Source: an uncultured Clostridia bacterium (lineage in GTDB: Bacteria > Bacillota > Clostridia > Christensenellales > UBA1242). Taken from it: a DNA stretch of 64,000 nucleotides. The notes under the pieces were generated by a model. That model was not told the DNA's origin. It saw only the letters and a program-made list of their open reading frames with translations, and searched no databases. Each line of letters begins with the position of its first letter. Within the stretch, counting starts at the first letter, position 1. The position numbers and the translations under genes were made by a program. The DNA lies in the NCBI GenBank assembly GCA_934757845.1, contig CAKVLQ010000001.1, positions 164,671 to 228,670 on the forward strand, given 5' to 3'. Positions 17,769 to 27,600 of the stretch are shown piece after piece.

Positions 17769-18143
17769 ATGGTAGAACTAAACAAAATTTATAATGATGA
17801 AGAATTCCACAAAAGAATAAAAGCAGATGCAAAAACTGTGAGTGATGTTAAATATTATTTGCCACAAGAAAAAGTTTTAAGAAATTTGGCAGAGTTTTTT
17901 AGTATGTTCAGCGATGAAACACGAATTAAAATAATTTCGGCTTTGTCGGTTAGCGAACTTTGCGTTAACGATATAGCAAACATATTAAAACTTAATCAAA
18001 CCACTGTTAGTCATCAACTTAAACTTTTAAAAAGCGTTGGGGCAGTAAAATTTAGGCGAGACGGAAAAATTATTTATTATTCCATTGCCGACAAACAAAT
18101 TCATGATTGCTTACTTACCGGCGTTAACTATTTGATGGTTTAA
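17769..18143 (+). CDS. ArsR/SmtB-family transcriptional regulator
   Basis: Winged-helix signature ..DETRIKIISALS..ELCVNDIANILKLNQTTVSHQLKLLKSVGAV..RRDGK. AGGAGG RBS. Confidence 0.85.
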   Translation: MVELNKIYNDEEFHKRIKADAKTVSDVKYYLPQEKVLRNLAEFFSMFSDETRIKIISALSVSELCVNDIANILKLNQTTVSHQLKLLKSVGAVKFRRDGKIIYYSIADKQIHDCLLTGVNYLMV

Positions 18144-18176
18144 AAAAAGCATAACAATTTAGTTATGCTTTTTTTG
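18144..18176 (+). terminator. Rho-independent terminator after the arsR-like gene
   Basis: AGCATAAC-AATTTA-GTTATGCT (8 bp) plus a T-run. Confidence 0.85.
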
Positions 18177-18237
18177 TGAATAAAATTTAACAATATTGTA
18201 AAAAATTTCTATATTGTTAAAACGATAATATTATATT

Positions 18238-18251
18238 AGGTCTTAAGACCT
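18238..18251. promoter_or_regulatory. Perfect 14-bp palindrome AGGTCTTAAGACCT upstream of the XRE gene (candidate operator)
   Basis: Read directly. It is followed by GTCAA-N5-TTGAC at 18254-18268. Confidence 0.45.
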
Positions 18252-18291
18252 ATGTCAAGTCTTTTGACCTGATTTGTTATAAATTATTTAT

Positions 18292-18492
18292 ATGGAATAT
18301 CAACAAGTAATAAAAGAAATATTAATTCAAAATAATTTAAGTCAAGAAAAATTTGCAAAGATAATTGGCGTTAACCAAACCACAATAAGCAAATGGCTTA
18401 TGGGAAAGAAAAAGCCGTCTTATGATAGCATTTTGTTAATTTACCAAAAGTTTGGCATCACTCCAAACGAATTATTTGGAATTTATAATTAA
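18292..18492 (+). CDS. XRE-family HTH protein (66 aa)
   Basis: ..LSQEKFAKIIGVNQTTISKWLMGKKKPSYDSILLI is a typical Cro/C1 HTH. Confidence 0.8.
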   Translation: MEYQQVIKEILIQNNLSQEKFAKIIGVNQTTISKWLMGKKKPSYDSILLIYQKFGITPNELFGIYN

Positions 18493-18516
18493 AGAGCAAT
18501 AAAGCGTTTAATTAAT

Positions 18517-18738
18517 TTAGTCTTCAAACAAATCGTTTAAAGTAATTTCATAAATGCAAACAAGTTTCAATAAATTTTCAATCGTAGGAAAACTTTTTCC
18601 GCTTTCATAGGCTTGATAACTTTGTGTTTTTACACCTATTAGTTCGGCAACCTGTTTTTGTGTTAAATTTCTTGAATTTCTTTCAAGTTTTAAGTTTTTT
18701 ATAAAATTTTTTTCATAATTTTTAATTTTCTTTTCCAT
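18517..18738 (-). CDS. XRE-family HTH protein (73 aa)
   Basis: ..LTQKQVAELIGVKTQSYQAYESGKSFPTIENLLKL is a typical Cro/C1 HTH. Confidence 0.8.
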   Translation of the reverse strand: MEKKIKNYEKNFIKNLKLERNSRNLTQKQVAELIGVKTQSYQAYESGKSFPTIENLLKLVCIYEITLNDLFED

Positions 18739-18820
18739 ATATTTGCATTATACAATTTTAAACTGTATAATTGTTAAAAATCAGTTTATAACTGTTTTTT
18801 AATTTGTAAAGGAGAGAAAT

Positions 18821-19024
18821 ATGGAAAATCTAATTAAAGCCAAAGTAATTGACAAATTTATGAAAGAAAATAAAATGTCAAAATCAAAATTTTGCAAACT
18901 TTGCAAAATAAGTTTATCAAGTTTTAACAAATTAATGTCAGGTTCATTAAATTTTGGAATTATTATTTTGTTTAAAATTGCAAAGATGTTAAAAATTGAA
19001 GTTTATGAATTGTTTGAAGAATAA
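18821..19024 (+). CDS. Small atypical HTH-like protein (67 aa), paralogue of 29336-29542
   Basis: GGAGAG RBS. ..MSKSKFCKLCKISLSSFNKLMSG...IAKMLKIEVYELF follows an XRE-like pattern. Confidence 0.65.
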   Translation: MENLIKAKVIDKFMKENKMSKSKFCKLCKISLSSFNKLMSGSLNFGIIILFKIAKMLKIEVYELFEE

Positions 19025-19072
19025 TATTCTAAAATTTATTTTTTTATTTTTAAAATGTGATATAATAAAACT

Positions 19073-20887
19073 ATGAACAATTTAAAGGAAAAATTGAATA
19101 CGCTTCCATCGTCAAGTGGTGTTTATTTGATGAAAGACAAAAATAATAATGTTATTTATGTTGGGAAAGCCAAAAATTTGAAACGCCGTGTTAATCAATA
19201 TTTTGACACTCGTGAAAAGAATTTAAAAACCGAACTTTTGGTTGATAATATTTTTAATTTTGATTATATTTTAACAAACAGTGAATTTGACGCACTGATG
19301 CTTGAAAACAATTTGATAAAAAAATATCAACCGCATTATAACATACTGTTAAAAGATGGCAAAAATTTTGCTTATATCAAAATTGATATGTCGCAAAAAT
19401 TTCCAAAACTTGAAATAACTCGAAAAGTTGATTTCAAAAAAAATGTTAAATATTTTGGACCATATTTTAATGGAATTTCCGCTCACAGCGTGCTTGACAT
19501 AATAAAACTTGCTTATCCTCTTCGAAGTTGCAATTTGGGCTTTAAAAAACTTGAAAAACGGGAGTGCTTAAAATATAGTTTAGGGGAATGTCCTGCTCCT
19601 TGCACGGGAAGAATTAGTGAAGAAGATTATAAAAAAATAATTTTTGATGTTATTAACTTTTTGAGTGGGGATACAAAAAAAATTGAGCAAGTTTTAATTT
19701 CAAAAATGAACAAATGTGCAGAACTTGAAAATTTTGAAAGTGCAATAATTTATAAGTCTAGGCTTGAAATGTTAAAAAATTTAACAAACAAATTTACAAC
19801 GCAAATTCCAAAAAAAGTCAACATTGATGTTGTGGGTTATTATTGCTTAAACAACAATGTTGGTGTTAGCATAATGATTATTCAATCTGGAAAAATGATT
19901 GGGGCAGAAAATTTTGTTTTGATAAATAAATTTTTTGATAGCGAAAATTTAACAAACTTTATAGTTCAATATTATCAAAACAACAAATTAATCCCGTCAG
20001 AAATTGTTGTTGGTGCAGATTTTGAAAACGAAAACGAACTTATAGAATTTTTTGAAAAGACTTTTAACAAAAAAGTGAAAATTGAAAAAGCACAAAAGGG
20101 TATTAAAAAAACCTTGCTTAATAAAGCAAATGAAAACGCAAAAGAATATTTGGAAAAAAGTTTGTCGCAAGAACTTTTAAAGCAAGAGCGAACAATCAAC
20201 GCTTGCAAAAATTTGCAAACAAAATTGGGGCTATTTCGCATTCCAATAAGAATTGAAGGCTATGACATTTCAAACATATCAGGAACAAACAAAGTTGCAA
20301 GCATGGTTGTGTTTGAAAATGGCGAACCTAAAAAGAGCGATTATCGAAAATTTAAAATAACTTGCTTTGAAGGTCCAAACGATTTTGCCAGCATGGAAAA
20401 TGTTATCAAAAGGCGTATGGAAGAATTTTCAAAAAGCAAAGATGAAAGTTTTTCGTCAAGGCCCGATTTAATTTTGATTGACGGGGGAAAGGGGCAACTT
20501 TCAAGTGCCAGCAAAATTTTGCGAATGTTTAATAATGATATTGAACTTATTTCTCTTGCCAAAAAAAATGAAGAAATTTATAAAGAAAATAATTCTGAAC
20601 CAATAATTCTTAAAAAAAGTGATTATAGCCTTCAACTTTTGCAACGAATAAGAGATGAAAGCCATAGATTTGCCATAACATTTCATCGAAGTTTGCGAAA
20701 CAAAAGTGAACTTCAAAGCAAACTTTTGAATATTGAAGGCATTGGAAAAATAAAAGCAAAAGCAATTTTTTTAAAATTTAAAACGATTGAAAACATTAAA
20801 AAAGCGGGATTAAGCGATTTAACAAAAATTAATGGAATTAATGAAAATATTGCAAAAAATATAATAAAATATTTTGAAGAAAATTAA
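19073..20887 (+). CDS. uvrC: Excinuclease ABC subunit C
   Basis: GIY-YIG domain (GVYLMKD..VIYVGKAKNLKRRVNQY), UVR motif, endonuclease domain and C-terminal HhH. Confidence 0.95.
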   Translation: MNNLKEKLNTLPSSSGVYLMKDKNNNVIYVGKAKNLKRRVNQYFDTREKNLKTELLVDNIFNFDYILTNSEFDALMLENNLIKKYQPHYNILLKDGKNFAYIKIDMSQKFPKLEITRKVDFKKNVKYFGPYFNGISAHSVLDIIKLAYPLRSCNLGFKKLEKRECLKYSLGECPAPCTGRISEEDYKKIIFDVINFLSGDTKKIEQVLISKMNKCAELENFESAIIYKSRLEMLKNLTNKFTTQIPKKVNIDVVGYYCLNNNVGVSIMIIQSGKMIGAENFVLINKFFDSENLTNFIVQYYQNNKLIPSEIVVGADFENENELIEFFEKTFNKKVKIEKAQKGIKKTLLNKANENAKEYLEKSLSQELLKQERTINACKNLQTKLGLFRIPIRIEGYDISNISGTNKVASMVVFENGEPKKSDYRKFKITCFEGPNDFASMENVIKRRMEEFSKSKDESFSSRPDLILIDGGKGQLSSASKILRMFNNDIELISLAKKNEEIYKENNSEPIILKKSDYSLQLLQRIRDESHRFAITFHRSLRNKSELQSKLLNIEGIGKIKAKAIFLKFKTIENIKKAGLSDLTKINGINENIAKNIIKYFEEN

Positions 20888-21013
20888 AAATTTTAAAAAT
20901 AAGTTTTAAATTACAAAAAATAATAAAATAACTATAAAAAAATGTATTTGTAAGGCTAATAAAAAAACATTTTAATTTTTCATAAAAAGTCATGTTAAAG
21001 AATAAAATTTAAT

Positions 21014-22105
21014 ATGACTTTTTTTCGTAAATTTTTGCCCAAAATTTTAGTTTCAATATTGGTGATTGCTTTTTTGATAATCTCGCCATTTTCACTTTTT
21101 GGGAAAATAGATAGTTTAAATTATAATATCAACAAAGAATATAAATTTGATTTCTCGGGTGTGTTGACGCTTTGGAATGTTGACACTTTTGAGGGAGGAA
21201 CAAAAAGCCGAGCAGGATTTTTGGAAAATCGGGCATTAGAATTTGAAAAGCAAAACAAAGGGGTTTATATTAACATTCAAAACCTGTCCCCACAAGAACT
21301 TGAACTTAATTTGAATAGTGGCAAAAAACCAAATATGATAACTTTTGGAATTGGAGTTGGAGAAAAGATTTTTGATTATTTAATAAATTTTTCTTCAAGT
21401 TTTGGGGTTAGAGATGACTTAATTCAATCGGCAAAGCAAAATAATGAATTAAAAGCAATACCTATTATGCTGGGTGGTTATACGCTTATTTCAAACAAAG
21501 AATTGATTTCGGGTGAAAATATTTTGGAAAGTTTAAAATCATCAAAAAATCCCAACCTAGTGTTTTCGTCAAAAGATTATAATAATCCACTTCTAGCGTT
21601 GTTTGTGAATGACTTGATGCTTGAAAAGCAAGAAGTTTTAAACCTTGATAGTTTTGATGCTTATGATAAGTTTATAAATCAAAAATTTTGTGCCTTGCTT
21701 GGAACTCAACGAGATTTTTATAGGTGCAAAAATCGTGAAAATAACAACAAAATGCAATGTGAATATAATCTTTTGGGTGGGTTTTCCGACCTTATTGTTT
21801 ATGCTTCTATCTTTTCGTCTTTTGAAAAAGCCGAAAGTGTTTGCAAAAATTTTGTTGAATATTTAACTTGTGAATACTCACAACAAAAACTTGAACAAAT
21901 TGGAATGTTCTCGGTGTTAAATAACATAAAAAGCACAGATGAAGATTATAAACTGTTTGGTGAAACTTTGCAAAAAAAACTTAAAACTGTGAATGTTTTT
22001 TATTCAAATCAAACATTAAACGAAATAAAAACATTAGTTACTGATTATGTTGTTAATAACAAACTTGAAAATAAAAAAGAAATTTTAAAATATATTAATG
22101 GGTGA
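21014..22105 (+). CDS. Membrane-anchored hypothetical protein (363 aa), possibly solute-binding-protein-like
   Basis: N-terminal TM helix and a long ORF between uvrC and murB. No motif recognised with confidence. Confidence 0.6.
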   Translation: MTFFRKFLPKILVSILVIAFLIISPFSLFGKIDSLNYNINKEYKFDFSGVLTLWNVDTFEGGTKSRAGFLENRALEFEKQNKGVYINIQNLSPQELELNLNSGKKPNMITFGIGVGEKIFDYLINFSSSFGVRDDLIQSAKQNNELKAIPIMLGGYTLISNKELISGENILESLKSSKNPNLVFSSKDYNNPLLALFVNDLMLEKQEVLNLDSFDAYDKFINQKFCALLGTQRDFYRCKNRENNNKMQCEYNLLGGFSDLIVYASIFSSFEKAESVCKNFVEYLTCEYSQQKLEQIGMFSVLNNIKSTDEDYKLFGETLQKKLKTVNVFYSNQTLNEIKTLVTDYVVNNKLENKKEILKYING

Positions 22106-22109
22106 AAAT

Positions 22110-23003
22110 ATGGAAATTAAACATTTAATAAAACTTTATAAAATTTTGAAAAAAGAAAACATAAAAATTGGCGAATCTTTGCAAAATTATTCAAGTTTTA
22201 AAATTGGCGGAACTTGCAAAATTATGCTTTTTCCTAAAAACATAAAACAAGCAAAAAAAACACTTAAAGTTTTAACAAAAAATAAAATAAAGTTTGTGAT
22301 ACTTGGAAATGCCACAAATGTTTTAATATCGGGCGACATTGATGTTGTTTTTTGCACAAAAAATCTTAATAAGATTAAAATAAAACATGAAAATGTTTAT
22401 GCTGAAAGCGGGGTTTCTCTTTTTAAACTTAATGAAAAATTAAAAGACAATTCGCTGGGTGGATTAGAGCGAAGTTTTGGTATTCCCGGAAGTGTTGGCG
22501 GTGGAATTGTTCAAAATTGTGGAGCGTATGGGTTTAGTTTAAGTGATAATCTTAAAAAGGTTGTTGTGTTTGACGGCAAAAGAGTAAGAAAAATTAAAAA
22601 AGAGAATCTGTTTTTTGCCTATCGAACAAGTGAATTTAAGAAAAACAAAAATTTGGTTGTTTTGGCTGGAATTTTTAAACTTTTTAAAACACCAAAAATT
22701 GAAATTGAAACAAAACTTAATGAAATTATAACAACAAGAAAAGAAAAACAGCCTTATGATTATCCCAGTGCGGGAAGCGTTTTTAAACGAGTTGATGGTG
22801 TTATTATAAGCAAACTTATTGACGAACTTGGTTTTAAGGGCTTTAAAGTTGGCGGGGCAATGGTTAGTGAAAAACACGCAGGTTTTATTATAAACTATGA
22901 CCACGCAACCTATGACGATGTTATTATGCTAATAAATTATATAAAAAATAAAATAAAATTAGAAAAAAATATTGATTTGGAACTTGAAATTGAGTTATTA
23001 TAA
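22110..23003 (+). CDS. murB: UDP-N-acetylenolpyruvoylglucosamine reductase
   Basis: FAD-binding SFKIGG, GNATNVLI and the GGAMVSEKHAGFIIN C-terminal motif. An alternative ATG at 22098 overlaps the upstream stop. Confidence 0.9.
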   Translation: MEIKHLIKLYKILKKENIKIGESLQNYSSFKIGGTCKIMLFPKNIKQAKKTLKVLTKNKIKFVILGNATNVLISGDIDVVFCTKNLNKIKIKHENVYAESGVSLFKLNEKLKDNSLGGLERSFGIPGSVGGGIVQNCGAYGFSLSDNLKKVVVFDGKRVRKIKKENLFFAYRTSEFKKNKNLVVLAGIFKLFKTPKIEIETKLNEIITTRKEKQPYDYPSAGSVFKRVDGVIISKLIDELGFKGFKVGGAMVSEKHAGFIINYDHATYDDVIMLINYIKNKIKLEKNIDLELEIELL

Positions 23004-23007
23004 TAAT

Positions 23008-23712
23008 ATGAAATTATTATTTGACCTTCATACTCACACAATTTTTAGCCACGGAACGGGGACTATTGAAGATAATGTTATTGTTGCAAAGCAAAAAGGT
23101 TTGTCGTGCGTTGCAATAACTGACCATGGCTTTGAGCATTTATGTTATGCTGTTAAACGAAAAAACCTTGCTTTTATGAAAAGTGAATGTGAAAGACTTT
23201 CAAAAAAATATAATATTGATGTTTTGCTTGGTGTTGAAGCAAATTTGCTTAACCATAAAGGTGATATTGATGTTAAAAAACAAGATTTGCAATATCTTGA
23301 TTTTATAATTATGGGTTATCACAAATTAATAAAGCCAAAATTTGGGCAAACATGGTTTAGCATAATTTCAAAACTAAACAAAAGCAAAAAGCAAATAGAA
23401 AAAAACACCGATGCCTATATTAATGCCATAAAAAAATATGACATAAAATTTTTAACACATCTTAATTATGGGATAAAAGTTAATGTTCCTCGTCTTGCCG
23501 ATTTTTGCAAAGAAAGGGGAGTTTTGATTGAACTTAATGGAAAGCGAATTAATTTCGACAAAGCCGAAACTGAATATCTTAAAAAAATTGATGCTAAATT
23601 AATTTTAAGTTCTGATGCACACAGCCCAGAAAAAGTTGGCGAAACCAATTTGGGGCTAAACTATATTATAAAAAACAATATTGACATAAAAAATGTTGTT
23701 AATTGCGAGTAA
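23008..23712 (+). CDS. PHP-family metal-dependent phosphoesterase
   Basis: LFDLHTHTIFSHG N-terminal PHP motif, plus ..ITDHG.. and ..SSDAHSPE. Confidence 0.8.
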   Translation: MKLLFDLHTHTIFSHGTGTIEDNVIVAKQKGLSCVAITDHGFEHLCYAVKRKNLAFMKSECERLSKKYNIDVLLGVEANLLNHKGDIDVKKQDLQYLDFIIMGYHKLIKPKFGQTWFSIISKLNKSKKQIEKNTDAYINAIKKYDIKFLTHLNYGIKVNVPRLADFCKERGVLIELNGKRINFDKAETEYLKKIDAKLILSSDAHSPEKVGETNLGLNYIIKNNIDIKNVVNCE

Positions 23713-23715
23713 GAA

Positions 23716-24636
23716 ATGTCTTTTATAACACAAGCAAAAAGTGAAGTTATTTCAAATTTTAAAAAAAACATAAACAAAAATAGTTGTTTAAGTTTTTTGT
23801 ATGGGCTGTTTAATGCTGTTGGGGAAATAAATATAAATTCTAAACAACTTGAATTTTTTGTTTTGGGTGAAGATTTGTATGGGATTGTTAATCTTTGTTT
23901 GATAAAACTGGGCTATGATGGGGCAGAATTTGAAATTGCCGAAAACAAAACCGAAAAATGCAAAGTTATGGTTTCAAAACAAACAAGTGAAAAATTGTTA
24001 AACGAATTTGTTTATCAAACTAATTTTGGGTTTAATCAAAATTTGGTTAAAACCGAAAATCAAAAAAAAGATTTTTTAAAAGCAATTTTTTTAACTTGCG
24101 CAACAGGAAATATTGCTTTTAATGGCGACTATTCTGGTTATTTGCTTGAACTTGTTGTGTCAAGTGAAAATTTGGCACTAGAAATTTCTAATCTACTTTG
24201 CGAGTTTGATATTTTTGCAAAAATTATTGACCGAAAAAATTTGAAAGTTGTTTATCTTAACAAATTTGAGCAAATTTGCGACTTTTTGGCACTAACAAAT
24301 GCACAAAATGCCGTTTTGGAACTTAACAACGAAAATGTTTTAAGAAATGTTAGAAACAACATTAACAGGCAAAATAATTGTTTTGAGGCCAATGTTTCAA
24401 AAACAATAAACGCAAGTTTAAAGCAACTTGATGCAATCAATTTTATTGACAGCACTATTGGCATTGAAAGTTTAGAGCCATCACTTCAAGAAGTTTGTTT
24501 GCTTCGGCTTGCCAACAAAGAAGAAAGTTTAGATAATCTTGTTAAACTTTTGGGTGGGAAAATTTCCAAAAGTGGGCTAAATCATAGGTTTAGCAAGATT
24601 ATAAAAATTTGTGAAGAACTTAAAGGTAAATTTTAG
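23716..24636 (+). CDS. whiA: DNA-binding protein WhiA
   Basis: MSFITQAKSEV start, degenerate LAGLIDADG-like core and C-terminal HTH (..SKSGLNHRFSKI). Confidence 0.9.
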   Translation: MSFITQAKSEVISNFKKNINKNSCLSFLYGLFNAVGEININSKQLEFFVLGEDLYGIVNLCLIKLGYDGAEFEIAENKTEKCKVMVSKQTSEKLLNEFVYQTNFGFNQNLVKTENQKKDFLKAIFLTCATGNIAFNGDYSGYLLELVVSSENLALEISNLLCEFDIFAKIIDRKNLKVVYLNKFEQICDFLALTNAQNAVLELNNENVLRNVRNNINRQNNCFEANVSKTINASLKQLDAINFIDSTIGIESLEPSLQEVCLLRLANKEESLDNLVKLLGGKISKSGLNHRFSKIIKICEELKGKF

Positions 24637-24688
24637 AAATTTATCTTTTTTTATTTAAAAATTTTTTTTGATATGATATAATTTTTGC

Positions 24689-27600
24689 ATGGATAAAAAT
24701 TTCGTTCATCTTCATCTTCACACCGAATATAGTTTGCTTGACGGTGCGTGCCGAATAAAAAAAGTTGTTAAAAGGGCAAAAGAACTTAATATGCCTGCCA
24801 TTGCTATGACCGACCATGGCAATATGTTTGGTGCAATCAACTTTTTTGATGCGTGCGTAGACCTTGACAAAAAATATTTTGAAGAACATGGCGTGCCTGT
24901 TGTTAAACCAATTTTTGGTTGCGAATTTTATGTGTGCAGTAATTTGGAAAACAAAGAAAGTCGTGAATATGCACACTTAATTTTGCTTGTTAAAAATGAA
25001 ATTGGATACAAAAACATTTCAATGCTAAACACAATAGCATTTGAAAAAGGTTTTTATTACAAACCAAGAATAGACTATAACACCCTTGAAAAATATAGCG
25101 AAGGATTAATTTGCTTGTCGGGCTGTTTGGCAGGGGACATTCCACAACTTTTGCTTAAAGGTTTTGACGAAGAAGCCTATAAACTTGGTTTAAGGCTAAA
25201 AAATATGTTTGCTGACGGCGATTTTTATATTGAAATTCAAAACCATTTTTTGCAAGATGAAATAGTTAATCTTCCAAAACTTAAAGAACTTGCAAAAAAA
25301 CTTGGTGTTAAAACTGTTGCAACAAACGATGCCCATTACATAAACAAAGAAGACGCCGAAGTTCAAGATGTTTTGATGTGTGTTGCAATGAAAAAATTTG
25401 TTGACGACCCAAACAGGCTAAAATTTTCTACTGACGAGTTTTATTTTAAAACCTATGAAGAAATGAGCGAATTGTTTTCGGAAGAAGAACTTGCAACAAC
25501 GCTTGAAATTGCAGATAAATGCAACTATCAATTTGTTTATGGAAATTATTTATATCCAAAATATGTGCCCGAAAATGGCATGACGCCTTATGACTTTATA
25601 AGAAATTTGATTGATAATGGCTTAAAAACCAAATATCCAAACCCAAGCAAAGAAGTTTTAGACCGAATTGAGTATGAACTTGGTGTTATATCAAGGCTTG
25701 GATATGTTGAATATTATTTGATTGTTTGGGATTATATCAATGCAGCCCGAAATATGGGCATTGTGGTTGGTCCGGGTCGTGGCAGTGGTGTTGGAAGTAT
25801 TGTTGCTTATCTTATTGGAATTACCAGTGTTGACCCAATAAAGTATGGGCTAATTTTTGAAAGATTTTTGAACCCAGAGCGTGTTAGTGCACCCGATTTT
25901 GATGTCGATTTTCAAGATAATAGGCGTGAAGAAGTTGTTGATTATGTTAAGCAAAAATATGGCGAAGACCATGTTTGCCGAATTATAACCTTTGGAACAA
26001 TGGCAGCAAAAAACGCAATAAAAGATGTTGGCAGGGTTTTGCAAGTTCCATATTCTGAAACCGATAAAATAACAAAAGTTATTCCAAGCAAGGTTGACGG
26101 AAACGATTTGAAAGATGGCGTTATTGAAAAAGTTTTTGGCTTTTATCATGCAAAACCAGATGCCAAAGATTATGGCGTTGACTATGCAATTCCTGAACTT
26201 GTTGAAATTTATAATAATGACCCAAAACTAAAAAAAGTTATTGATATTGCAATGAAAGTTGAAGGAATGCCAAGGCAAACAGGAACACACGCTTGCGGAG
26301 TTATTATTGGCGGGCTTCCACTTGAACAAGTTATTCCACTTTCAAAAAATGGAGATGATATTGCATCGCAATATGAAGGTGCACAACTTGAACATATTGG
26401 GCTTTTAAAAATGGACTTTTTGGGGCTTGCAAACACAACAGATATAAGTAATTGCATTGCAACAGTAAAAAAGTTATATGGAATTGACATAGATTTTTCA
26501 AAAAACACTTATGACGACCAAAAAGTTTTTGATATGCTTTCGTCAGGGAACACAATGGGAGTATTCCAACTTGAAAGTGGCGGATTTCAAAAGTTTTTGA
26601 AAGACCTAAAACCAAACTGCCTAGAAGATATTATAGCCGCAGTTGCGATGTATCGTCCAGGACCTATGGATTCTATTCCAGAGTTTGTTCACAACAAATC
26701 AAACCCACAAGATATTACTTATGTAGACCAGCGTTTAGCACCAATTCTTGACACTACTTATGGTTGCATAGTTTATCAAGAACAAGTTATGAAAATCGTT
26801 CAAGCCGTTGCGGGCTACACACTTTCTCGTGCTGATGGCGTTAGAAAGATGATGGGAAAAAAGAAGGTTAAAGAAATTCAAGCCGAGCGTCAAGTGTTTT
26901 TGCACGGAATTGAATCAACCGCAAAACAATCAGGTTGTCCAGGGGCTTTAAAAATGGGTATGAGCGAAGATGTTGCTAATGAATTATGGGACAAAATGGA
27001 GAAGTTTGGGCGATATGCGTTTAACAAATCTCATGCTGCTGCTTATGCTTATATTGCTTATCAAACCGCATATTTAAAATGTTATTATGAACCTGAATTT
27101 TTAACAGCCGTTTTGAATGACCGAATAACCAAAACTGACGACCTTAAACGATATGCAGCGTATGCAAAAAGTGAAGGCATAGAAGTTTTGCCACCAGACA
27201 TAAATTTAAGTGAAAATTTGTTTTCTACAAAAGACAAAAAAATTAGGTTTGGTTTGTCGGCATTAAAAAATGTTGGGTTTAATATTATTGAAAATATCAT
27301 TAACGAACGAAATGAAAATGGAAAATTTGTTGATATTCAAGACTTTATAAAAAGATGCTATAAATTTGGATTAAACAAACGAGTTCTTGAAAGTTTAATT
27401 TATAGTGGGGCATTTGATTGTTTTGGTGTTCACCGAAGTCAAATGATAAGAGTTTATGCAAATTTGCTTGAACAAAGTTCCAATGTTTCAAAAAGAGAAG
27501 CCACAGGGCAATTTTCGTTTTTTGACACAATTTTGAAAGATGATGATGTTTTGAACAAAGTTGATTATCCACTTATTTCAGAATTTGACGAACAATCAAA

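Noticed and set aside
20985-21022. 9-bp perfect inverted repeat AAAAGTCAT...ATGACTTTT that would bury the start codon of the 21014 ORF
   Set aside because: It is an AT-rich stem with a 20-nt loop and marginal stability. It is a single instance with no comparative support, so I treat it as coincidence.
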